64,000 bases of DNA. Source: Intoshia linei (taxonomy: Eukaryota; Animalia; Orthonectida). The notes below the pieces were generated by a model, which saw only the letters and a program-made list of their open reading frames with translations, searched no databases and was not told where the DNA came from. The position numbers and the translations under genes are program-made. Shown piece by piece: positions 1 through 12,400 of the stretch. The stretch lies in assembly GCA_001642005.1 (NCBI GenBank), contig LWCA01000038.1:5112-69111 (forward strand), in the 5' to 3' direction. Within the stretch, counting starts at the first letter, position 1. Every line of letters starts with the position of its first letter.

Positions 1-3000
1 TGGAAAAATTTAAGTGAAATGGAAAACCCTTTAACTACACAACTCTACAATACAAAATTGCAAGTAATGCTCAACTGTAAAGTTTTTGTTGATCCATTTA
101 ATTATTTAAAAGTTATGAAAAATAATAATTTGACACCCAACCAAGCTACATACAATTTATTAATTAGCCATTGTGCTCACAAAAAAGAAATTGATTCAAT
201 GACTAAACTTTATGATATTTATAAAACAAAAAACTTTGCCGAGTCAATAAATTTAAAAAATAATTTTATTATTGGTCATTTACTTAATGAAGATGTTGAA
301 ACTGCTTATTCGTTGTTGGACGAATTGAAGAATTCTAAAAATTTGTGTCCGGATCGCAACACTTTTCAAATTTTTCTCAATTATTATGCCAAAAATGGGA
401 ACTTGGAAATGTTTGACGAGAGTCTTAAAGAAATGAATGCTCAAGAAATTCATTTGAATGCTGATATGGCTGTTGAACTTGTTGATCAATTTATTGAAAC
501 TAATGTTGGTTACGCTAAGAAGGTGCGTTTGTATTTTTATTTTTTTAATGTTTCAGTTTCAATTCATCTATTTTTAGATTATGGATATGGTTTCAAAGGA
601 TGGGTACATTCATCGATCTTGCATATTTTATATAATGAAACTCGCGTCAGAAAAAAAATTGAACAAATTGAATATTGTTGCCGATTTATTACCGTTTGAT
701 CATAATTACGTGTATAGGACTTTCTTTTCCACTCTTATTCGCAGAAATGATGTATCATTTTTATTTTTTGTAGTTTTAATGTGTTATAGAAGGAAGATAT
801 GATTGCTGAGTATTTACTTCAATATGAAAAAAAATTCCCACATTCAAATGCTCGATTATTTGATGACAATTTGTTGAATGATGTTTGGGAAAATAGAGGT
901 AATTTATGTTTAAATTATCATTTCGTTCATTATTAATTAAATTAGCATATTTTATTATTTTACTAATCAAAAATTCAAATCAATTTTAGTATGATAGTTA
1001 TTTATAGACCAAGTTAGTATTTTAGTTAGATATTTGATCTTAACTTAAGACTTGGGGTTGGTAAAATTTGACTTTTTTGGGTTGGATTAAGAGGTTGTTT
1101 TAAAATCGGATTTTTCAATTTTTCAGCTGGTAACACCTTTGGCTATGATTTATTTTATTTTTATTATGGGTACTTGGGTTTGACCGTGAAGATTATAAGG
1201 CAAATTTCACATAAAATTAACATTTTTGCAAAAGGACCAGAAAAAACTGCATGTTTAAATTTTAAATCGTTACATCTGAAGTGGGGAAGCATTTAATTTG
1301 CGAAGGCCTCACTAACGTCCCAAAAAAATTTAATAAGGCCGCATTTTTTTAAATAAAATTTAATTAAATTCAGCAGTGCTTCTCATGGGGGTGACTGGTC
1401 ACCCCAAGGGATGAATACGAACATTTTAGATGATTGGGATGAAGGATACATTTTTTTGCATGTTTTATTTAATTTAGTAAAATCTTATGAGAAAAAGCCA
1501 AAATTTTACTAACTCTTAATTAAAAATCCTTCCATCTGATCCCATAAGAAAAAATCTAATTTTACGTTGAAAAAAAACTATTTTTCACAATATTTTTCTG
1601 AAAAATCGCTTTTACCAAAATGTATATTTTAAAAATAATTCAAATTGTTCAGAAGGCTGCACTTTCCCCAACTCTGGGTTACTTATCAATCTATAACTAA
1701 TCAATTCTTAAATTTTGACCTTAAATTTAATTATAATTTAGATGCATTTTTCAAATTATTGGAAGCTTGCGAAAAAATTGTATTAACCTTTCAATATTTG
1801 AATATATCTCTAATATTTAGAATGTAACGTTTATTAGAAAACTCTTGAATCGAAAATTGAGCTTATTGATAAAAGCCAAAGACATACCGGGTACATTAAA
1901 TAATTAATAAAATGTTATACTAGGGGTGTTCCAAAATTTTAAAAATTAAGTTCAGGTTCGGAAAAAGTTGAGTAATTAATCAAAAATGACTACAAGGAAA
2001 AATAATTAAATTAGATAAAAATTTGCGGAGACGCTTGCCATTTTAAAGATCCCATACAAAAATGTTCTACAAATATTAAATTATAAATTTATTTAATTGC
2101 ATGTTGTCATCGAATGTGCTAGTTATGATTTGAAACATCTTGTTGTGATCACCTCTTACTTTTTATTATATCGATGTTTAAAGTTTTTATAATTTTATAA
2201 AAATTTTCACTAAAAACAAAAATAAATGAGGTAGAATTGAATTTGAAGATGCAAATGAACAATCAAAACATAGCTACATTGTCTCATAACATTCCAGTTA
2301 ATAAAGTTAAATATTTTTGTATAAAATTTTTAAAATGGCAAGCATTGCCGCAAAAAATTCTCCAAAATAATTTTTTTTTAGTGTAGGCATAAAACTAACA
2401 TACGCGATTTTATCTGTTCCTGCACCATAAAATTTCCAAAAAACTACTAAAATTCACATCCTAATTATGGAGTCCTGATTATTCGAAAATTTGAAAAACC
2501 GGTTATCGAATAATTCCGGTTATTTGAACAACGATTATCCGATTAATCAGAATTTAAAATTTTTTAAAATTTTGTTTGTGTGTGTTCCACTTTATTTCCG
2601 TAACTACCCGTATTAGAATTTTATAAAGTCCACATTTTAATTACAGTTTTTATCTGGGGGTGTGCGCAAATAAATTTCAACATCATAAACTCACATCTTA
2701 CGGGTCAAAAAGTCCAATTGTCCTTTTTTTTTGATATCAAACGAGTTTGAAAATTTAAAAAAATATATACTTTCGTACGGATTTTAAAATCGTGAATTTA
2801 GACTATTTATGACAATTTTTAGGACTGTATTTACTTTATTTTTAATATTATACACACAAGCTGTCTAATAAATTAAAAAAATGGAATAACAATTGTTTTT
2901 AAAATTTTTTACGCAAATGTTAACAAACAAAAAATTAAGATGGAATAAAATTCACTTTAAAATAAAAAAGTAATGTAATATATGACTTCAATTTTATATT

Positions 3001-6000
3001 TATGAAATTTTTGAAAATCCGATTATTCGAAATATATTCCGATTATTTTTCTCCGATTATTGTAAGCGATTAACCGGGTTTTCGATTAATCGGATATCAT
3101 ACCCTAATTTTAATGCAGTGAAGACTTTTCAGTTGGTGTGTCAAAAAAAATGTTTTGCATTTTCTTTTGTAGTTGCATGTCATTTTTAAATAATAAATAA
3201 TTTTAGGTACGTATACTTTTCTATTATTACTCACTTTTGAGTTAATCTTTCCACACCATGTTAAAAATATCAAATAAGCTTTTTACCAGGGTGTCAGGTA
3301 GAATTCCTGTACGAGTTGCTAGTTACCCTCGTGTCATATTTTTGCCATCACTGTCCTAATGTATCATTTTTTTGATATATATTTTAGAATTATATAACGT
3401 ATTCAATTTGTTGCCCACATTGAATGACCCGAGAGTACAATTAGTTTTAATGATTGATAATCTATTAGAAATGGGTGAATCTTATGAAAATATTTTGGAA
3501 AAGTTAAAGGTTGCTTTACTTTGATTAAATTTTATAATGAGTGTATTCTTAGGAAGTTGGATTTACAGAAAGTGAAATTGATTTTAAACCATTTTTATCC
3601 ATGGCTAAAGCCGGAAAATTTGAAGAACTTAATAGTTATTCAGGTATTGTTTGCTCAATGTTGTAAAATTTATAAAAATTTAGATGACGAATTAAATAAT
3701 TACAGATCCGTGTTTTCGTATGATCAAGGTTACAATTTCAATGTAAACAGTGATAATTTCGACCAATTTGTGAAGGTAATCATTATTTATTATCTCAATG
3801 GTGGTCAATTTGCTGATACCAATATCATTTTTTTAAATTTATAAAGGCCTAATTTGTAAAATGTAAACTGAATACAATGACGCTTTTGAGTCTCAGAAAT
3901 TTTTAATGTTTGGAACTAAGTACTAGGAAAAAGGAATTTATGGTTGCTAAAATTTTGGATTTTTATTTTGTGGTTGGATTAAGAGTTTTTTCTCGTAAGG
4001 TTTGGTAAAATTCAAGTTTTAAAAAAAAATTAGGAAAAGAAATTTTACCTTAATTTAAGGCTTAAGGGTTGGTAATTTGGATTGTTTATTTTGGGGTTGT
4101 ATTAAAAAAAATTTTGTAAAATTGTAAGAATATTTTTACATAAAGGGCTAAGATTCGGTATAAAATCCCATTATCTGGTAACTACAATAATGTATTTTAC
4201 AAAAATAAACTAATTTCTTAATTTTGCTTGTAATAAAATTAGAAATGCTGGTAATAAAATTTTGACCAGCAATGTTACTAACATCTTTCACTATAATAGA
4301 TTAAGTTTGTTTAGTTTCTGAAAACTGTTAGATTGGATAGATCCAATTTACTTTCAAATTTATTACTATCTAAAGAAAGTGCCGTTTCCGACAGGATTGT
4401 TGAATATATAATAGAAAATAATTCTCTAAACACTATCTGGTTCAATCGAAATCAGGACCGACTGAAGGATAATATTAGTGAAGATTTGTTTAATTCGTTG
4501 AGTGATTCTGTTGAAAACTCAAAAAGAAGGCACAGTTACAGTTCTTTAGACTTGCATGAATTGAAAAAACTCTATGAAACTATACCAGAAAATGATCAAG
4601 ACACGATATTTGCCATTAAAGATAAACTTGCTAAGAAATTTTATTATGCTGGGGTATTTCTAGAAAATCATTTTTTTTATTCAAAATTAGGAGAAAACTG
4701 AATTTTTAAAACTTTATAATGAAATTGAACAAAACCCGTCCTTTGATTTGTCAAAACGAAATTCTCAAGTTTTGGTGGAAATGGCGTTGCGGTCATACAT
4801 TAAATATAATGATTTTGAAAATGCAAAACTCACTCTGAATAAAATGTAAGATTACGATTGTATTTAAATTTATTATAATTAGACCGAAAGATTGCAAATT
4901 ATTTGCCAGGTGTTCATTAGATATGGCTTGCATATCTTTTAGAATGAATAATGATGAAGGTAATAATAATTGTATATTTCAACATTTAAACAAATTTAGA
5001 GGCAATGGAATACCTTAGTTCATTCAAGGATTCAACAAATCTGAATTCAGAGTCAACCGTAGCCAATTTTGGATTTATGAATTTAATGGCGACTTTAAAG
5101 GATAATGGTAAAATGGACCATGTTGAAAAATGCTTTGAATCCTGTCTGGATGCTATCAAGGTGAGGAATAATTTCTCGGAAGTTAGTTTTGCTTTTATTG
5201 ACACATTTTTGAACCCAAAAAATGAAGAAATGATTATTAGTTTGATAAAAACCATGTCTGCCAATCAAATCTTACCTCAACCTTATGAATTGTTTATGAA
5301 ATTAGACTCTTCTTATTCCCCAGAATTTTTAAAAGAAGGTTCATTTATCTTTCTTTTATTTAATATATCTAGTCAATGACATATTTTCTGCTACTTACGG
5401 AACTCAATCTATACTACTAAATTCTATATTCAGTTGTTTGAAATTTGATCAAATTAAGGATGCCAGGAAAAAATTGGGACAATTAATTAGTTTGGACAGA
5501 TTATACCTCAGCAATATTTGTCGCTCTTGTGCAGAAAACCAGGATTCTGAAACACTTAAAAAGTTTTTGGAAGTTTCAAACGACACGTCATTCATTAGAC
5601 GAGATATCGTCTTTTATTACATGTTGAGAGCTCTCGGTAATCTACTATTTATAAAAAACTGATTGTTTCTATAGTTAGACAAGGCAATTACAAACAAGCC
5701 CTCGATTGCCTGGAAAAGCATGAAGATTATGGAATTTATAACACACAGTTGCACAAAAATTACATGAAAAGATACAGTTCATTGGCTCGTATTGATTTAC
5801 CAGATAATTTGATATCAGAACAAGAATCCACGGTTGATAGTTTTGTCGTTATCAGTGATCATTTACAATGCCTTGCAAGCACATCTAATGTATTACTGAA
5901 TTAACATTTTGATTTTATATTTATTAGATTGAAGAATTTAAAAATTTAATTGAACATGGTGAACAGAATGTTAAGGAGTTGGCTTTTCAAAAATTGCTCG

Positions 6001-6160
6001 CTCATTTTGGTTTTATTTATCTATTCATTATTTTATTATTTTAGATATGAATGACAGTGAAAAAGTCAAACATTATTTTGAAAAATATGCCTTTTATCAA
6101 TTATCTTTAAATAGATTAAATATAAAAGATCAATATAAAGTTATTAGGGCAATTTCATAA
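1..6160 (+). CDS. LRPPRC: LRPPRC-like mitochondrial pentatricopeptide-repeat protein, multi-exon, 5' end upstream of the window
   Basis: Frame is open from nt 1. WKNLSEM..LYNTKLQVML..LKVMKNNNLTPNQATYNLLISHCA..PDRNTFQIFLNYYAKNG matches the N-terminal PPR motifs of LRPPRC as recalled (HYNALLKVYL..PNRVTYQRLIASYC..TYLALLNAYAEKG). GT-AG introns at 523-577 and 752-789. Further exons at ~3388-3776 and ~4300-6160. Last exon ends ..KVIIRAIS-type sequence at TAA 6158-6160. Internal exon boundaries are only partly resolved. Confidence 0.8.
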
Positions 6161-6178
6161 TTTATTGTTAATAAAATT

Positions 6179-6661
6179 TTAAATTTCCTTGTCTTGTCGT
6201 TTCCATTCCTCTATTTCATCGAATTCTGATTGTACTTCCATTATATACTCGTGCAAATATGGCGTTTGCTAAATTATTATTCAAAAGGTTTTAAAGTTCA
6301 TCTACTTGATTAAATGGTATCTGATCTTCTACTGGTAGATAAGATTTACTTAGGGATAATTGGTTGCATCGAATGATACGAAAGTTTCTTAAATCCTGAA
6401 TTTCAGATGGTAGTCTTCGTACAGCTTCTGCAATAATTGGGTCGTCTTCTGGGTACGTATCTTCAACGTGTAATCCTTAATTTTAATACATTTCAGATTA
6501 TAGATTACCATATGCAACATAATCGTATTCTGGTTTAGCATAATAAGATAGTGGTCCACGGTAAGTAGCCATTTTTCTGGAAGTTTTAAAATACACTAAA
6601 ATGTAAGCTATATTAATATAAAGATTTTTAATTTGTGTGTAACGAGATTCATACTATGCAT
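6179..6661 (-). CDS. UQCRB: Cytochrome b-c1 complex subunit 7 (UQCRB/QCR7), 3-4 exons
   Basis: Manual splicing of the minus strand gives (MHMYFKTSRK)MATYRGPLSYYAKPEYDYVAYGLHVEDTYPEDDPIIAEAVRRLPSEIQDLRNFRIIRCNQLSLSKSYLPVEDQIPFNQQTPYLHEYIMEVQSEFDEIEEWKRQDKEI*. This carries the QCR7 signatures GL..D, EA.RRLP, R.FRI.R..QLS, PYL..YI.EV..E..E..W. The start is either 6661 or 6572. Not in the ORF track. Confidence 0.9.
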
Positions 6662-8242
6662 TGGCGATTGTAATGATGGAAAAATAAAACAGCTACATTT
6701 AATTTGATAATTATATATTTTTTTAATCAAATAAATAAAACGTGTTGATTTGATTTTCTAAAAAAATTAAACTCAGCCCTACAATTGGAACCAAAGTGAG
6801 CCTTTTTTTATTCAATTTTATAATTAGTAAATAGAATATTAATGAAAAAATTTAAGAGTTTTCAGTAAATGATTAGGGTAGACGATTTTTTGTTAACTAC
6901 AAAATCAAACCTTTAGAAAAACGTTAATTTTTTTAATATTTCTCACTATAAAAAAAGCGCTTTCAGAGAAAATGTATGTAAATTATAAAATTACTAAAAT
7001 GAAAAAAATAGTTAAGAAACAATACTTAAATAAGAGGTGGGTCGAATCCGGTCCACATAATCATTTTTTAATGTATTATTAGTGTGCACTGTTGTCAGCG
7101 CACAGAGTTTAAGAAATACTGCTCGATTTCATTGGAACAAGACATTGATAATTACTAATTATCAATTTTAAATTTAAAAAATTACCTGATCTTCCCAAAA
7201 TTGTTCTATATGAGTTTAAAAATTTAGGAACAACTAAATTTCTTAATTAATATTTTCAAAGCCAATTACAAATACCATTAATAAGTTTTATCATTTTTAA
7301 CTTGCAAGTTTAATATCAAAATAAAGACCTTTATTTACAGATACATTTGTAGTACATTTGTGTTTATTTATGAATCATATATCATAAATTATGATACAAA
7401 TTGGATATGAAATATCCATAAAATTAGAGTTTCCAACTCTGTTAAATAATGTAAAGGATATTAATATTACTGAAAGAACTAATATTAAGCATGAGACCTC
7501 TCTTCGGAGTAGAGGAATTTTTGTAAAATGACGAATCATTTGATAAAAATTATTATGGGGGAATATTTTCATTGTTTTGACCATGAAGTTATGCGTGCCT
7601 GAGGTTGAGATTAACGACAATGTTAATGATTTTAAAACGCGTCCTAGAATGTATGTTATGTAATGTATATGTACATTTTTGGGCTGATTTTTTTTAAAAA
7701 AAAAAGAAAATTGGGTTTTTGACCCTGAAGAACTCAAATTCTGAAACTGAAAAATAGATAAAAACACGCTCTGGGAAAAACTATATTAGAAATTGGTATT
7801 TTTAAATCCAGCGACTTTCAATTTTTTCAATAAATGGTGACACACACAGACATTCATTTTTATATACATGTAAGTATAGGATTTTACTCGTGTTTCGGAC
7901 AAAAATTTTTCGTTTCATTCGTACATATCACCTCAACACGATCCGATGCAGAACTTTACTAATACATAATCATTACGTACAGAACATTACGTCGTAATGT
8001 ATAAATCAGTACATAACAATTATACGGGTACATTTATAACCGTTATATTGTACTACAAGGGTTCCCAAAGTGGGTCCAAACTGAGATAAACAGAGACACA
8101 GTAATACATACTGTGGTGGATAGATATGGTGCCACCACATAACTATGATGCAATACAAATATCCAAAATTCGTCAAAATTAAATAAATACATGTAGTTAA
8201 AATAAGCTTATTTATTAATCTAAAATGTTACATTATTGAAAC

Positions 8243-8927
8243 ATGAATGAAGAGTGTATTAAATGTATTTCAATTGTTATCTTTGCTTCAAATTTGGTAT
8301 CTGAAATGCTAAAATATATTTTAAAACAAAAAACTAGATAACCTCAATAATAATATTTGCTCTATCATTTTACGTCGAGGAAGCCCAAATAAGATCAATA
8401 TCGGTGACCTTATCAGTGGGTATCATAATTTGCGGTGTAGTAAATATTATACTAATAAATGTGAAAAAGTTTAATCACCTCAAAATACTGGTAATATGAA
8501 CCATTTTACATTCATAATCAAATTTTATAGGAATGTATAATATCTGCATTTATTATTACACTGTGTTGTTTGTACATGCTTTTGACATTTACGTCTTATA
8601 TAGAATTAACAATGGAACATCCAAAACTTACGAAAACAATTAAAAAACCTAAAACAGCAAGTTTTTTTGTATTTATCTTAAAATTTATAAATCATGTTGT
8701 GAAAATTGTTCCAGATAAAGGAAAAATAATCAATGACAGCCATCCTACCATTTTGCTGGTTGGAGGGGTAATTTTTGAAAAAAATCTTTTAATTTTTCAT
8801 TTAGATATTTTCACTATTTACCTGTTTTAGTTCTATTATTTGGTGTTCCGTAACATTTTACTCAATTAATTTGAACGTTAATAGAAAATACATGTCTTTA
8901 CAAACTAACCAAATAACCTGTCAGTAA
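8243..8927 (+). CDS. Orphan four-transmembrane protein (~170-188 aa)
   Basis: ATG 8243; GT-AG introns 8297-8337, 8491-8530, 8768-8804 (optional in-frame 8661-8714) give a continuous frame to TAA 8925-8927, with AATAAA at 8941. Product MNEECIKCISIVIFASNLITSIIIFALSFY..VTLSVGIIICGVVNIILINV..ECIISAFIITLCCLYMLLTF..TILLVGGIFSLFTCFSSIIWCSVTFYSI.. has four hydrophobic segments. Confidence 0.7.
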
Positions 8928-9472
8928 TCATACACATCGAAATAAACATTAGATTATTTTTTAAATATATACTTAGTGTGATTTGTAGTGTGCAGTGATT
9001 CATATAAATACAAAGTAGAAATTAAATGTATTCTTAGTAAAAACTTAATATTTTTATTTTTTTTACTTAGTCTAAGACTTAGTTGGTTATAAATAATTTA
9101 AATTACATTTTTATTAAATAACGTAAATATAATAAATTAATTGTAATAAATAAAAACGGCATAAACAAATGAATAAGTGTCAACAGTGATTGCATAATAG
9201 TAAAAAAATTATCAAATCGTCAGTAGAGATAGTATAAGTAATAAAATATTTTGACATGCGTCAATAGTGATTGAATAACAGTCAATCCAGATAGTAAAAT
9301 CCTATATATTAGCAGATTTCAAAGGTTGTTAAGAAAAATTTTATGATTCCGAATTACTATAATGGCAAATTTGAGTTTGACATGGATGTTATATTGAGAC
9401 TTTACTGTAAAATCAATGAATTTATTATAGTGTAACGATAAGGGCAACATTAATGTTTTTAATATGACAATT

Positions 9473-12400
9473 TCAAGGTTCGTATTTTTCTCTAACCAAC
9501 TTTAAAATTTCATCACAAGATTTTTTGGCATCACCAAAGAGCATATCAGTGTTTTCTTTAAAAAATACCTAAATTTCATATGATTTTACATGATTTAGTT
9601 GAGAATACCGGATTATCTACAGCGGCATATCCTACTCCAAGTGACCTTTTCATTATAATAACTTTTTTACTCTTCCAAACCTGAATAACTGGCATGCCAG
9701 CAATGATGGAATTAGGATCCTCTTCAGCGGCTGAGTTTATAGTGTCGTTAGCCCCTATGACTAAAGTTAAATCGGTATTCAAAGTTTTATCTTTCAATTC
9801 ATCCATTTCAAATACTTTATCATATGGTACGCCAGCTTCAGCTAGTAAAACGTTTAACTGTCCGGGCATTCGTCCTATATTAATTTTATTGACGGTTAAT
9901 AAATAATAATAATAAATGATGAAGCTTTAGATGGAACCTATGGGCCACATGACCAAGGCCCAATATCAGGGTCTATTACAGTAAACTATGTGTTATAAGA
10001 ACTAAATAAAACAGTTGTTGTAACCAATGTTATTGTAGCAAATTTAATATTCTACTTTTTACATTTTAATTGTCATTTTAAAACAGTTTTTAATTGTATT
10101 TTCCTTTAATATACTCCAACATTGCGATATTGTTTGAATTTATTCGTGTAGATTGACACTGCAATGATTAATATCAAATGTTTCATTTTCCATATTCTTT
10201 TCTTCCATTTGAATCAATAAACGTTTGACTAAGCATTTCCGATATTCCTGTTTAATACATTTTATAATGGCAGCATCCAAGAATTGGGTTTTACCTGTAG
10301 TATTTTTAGGAAAAAAAATTAATTTAACATTAGTTAAAACTTGCAATGACGAATTTAAATTTGTGCTTATATCGAATTTATTTGTAGCTTATAACGAATG
10401 TGATTTTACTGTGTACGTACGATAGAAATCAAAATTTATTACTAAGCTGTTATTATAACGAGTGTTCTTATAACGCATAGTTTACTGTATACTACATTAA
10501 TTGTTAATATTGGAAAATGGATATTAAAAATTTTACATATTTATAATTTTTATAAATCTGCAAATCTAAATTAAAAAGTGCACATGGCCATTGGTATTTT
10601 AACAGTAAAATTAAACAATGTAAAGAAAAAATAAAATTGTGAATCATTAAATTAGACATCTGATGGCTAAATTGGGGTTGAAATTCAACTTGAATAGAAT
10701 AATAATTTTTTTTATAATCCATGGGGGTGCATTACACAAAAAAGTTTAATAACCACTGGTGTAGTTACCTGCAATCGGATGAATACAAAATTTAACATCT
10801 TTGCCCATTTTGGATAATATTTCTGTCAATTCAGCAATGGGGTACTGTGCTTTTGCAACACAAAGACCATATCCTGGTACAATCATTATATTTTTTGCAT
10901 CCTGGATTAAATCTACAACAGAAATGGAAGACGTTTCTCTATGAGTTCCTTCAATTTTCATAGCTTTTCCGCCTGAATAAGACGACGTTCCAAAACCACC
11001 CAAAATGACATTTGGCAGAGATCTATTCATTGCCTAAGATTAGATGTAGTTAAATTGTAAATAAAAAACTTTGCACATTATGTAAGATAAAATTGCACCA
11101 CTTGAACCTATCAAAGCTCCAACCATCGTACACAAAGAAGAATTCAACATGAAACCTTCCGCACATAAAGCCCATCCAGAATAACTATTCAATACTGTCA
11201 CCACAACCGGCATGTCAGCTCCTAATTCATAAAATTTAAAATTATAATAATATCACAATACCTCCAATCGCAGCGGTTAAAGTTAATCCCATCACCGATG
11301 ACAATCCTGCTGTAGAAGCCAACATTAAAGCTCCCGTGTTCCAATCTGGGTAATACACAAATGCACCCATCGCAAAAATGTTTGCAGCCATCAAAGATGC
11401 GTTAAGAACATGTCTTCCTGGTAAAAGTAATGGATTGGATTTTAGAAATCCTATACAATATAGGTAAATAACTACATTCAAATTGACCAAACCTTGTAAT
11501 TTTCCAAAAGCAACAATAGAACCGGTAAATGTAACTCCTAAAGATAATAATTATTAAACCTATCGAACGGTATAACACTTAAATTTTAAATCTAAGAAAA
11601 CTAAACTCGATCATCAAATGCATGTAATCAGAGGCGTTTTAAGGCATGGGCAATATGGGCTGTAGCCCAGGGCCCTCATTAAAAAAAGCCCTTAAATTAA
11701 TAAAAGTACTTTACATATATATCTGAAAAAGAGGCCCCAATTTATTAAAAAATACTTCACATTTATATCTTAAGAATCAGTTTATAAGTTTTGAAGTGTG
11801 GGAATTCAAATAGCTAAAAAGAAAATAGTTTAAAGAATCAAAGTTCTGGTAATTATTCAATTTAAAATATAATGCTTTTATTAATACTCAATGAAATAAG
11901 ACTTTAAGTCTCAAACCAATAGTATGCCCTGTTCTATATAGGGGACCTATTTTTTTAATCGTTTGCTCGAAATTTTAAAGGGCCCGGCCCTTTTCTTAGA
12001 CCAGGGCCACGAAGTGGCTTAATACGGCTCTGCATGTAATTGATACAAAGTCCAGTAACAAACAGATACTAACCATAAAATGGGTCTTATTATTTTATTT
12101 TCAAAAAAATTAAATTTTACGCAAAGTTGAGTAAACGTTCCAATTTACTGACCCTTAAGTCACTCAAGTTCACTGTACTGTGTATAACTTAAAAACATAA
12201 AAATAAAACCTCCAATAAATGTTCCTAGAAATAGAGCGGTTTTTGTGGAAACAGCGTTAGCGGCATCATTAGAGAAACTGCTATATTCATGCAAAAAGTC
12301 AGCTCCACACGTCACCATTGCAGCAACTCCAACTAAACTGTGGAACAATGCAACCATTTGTGGCAAATTTGTGACATTTAAACGATTAGCAAAAAATGAA

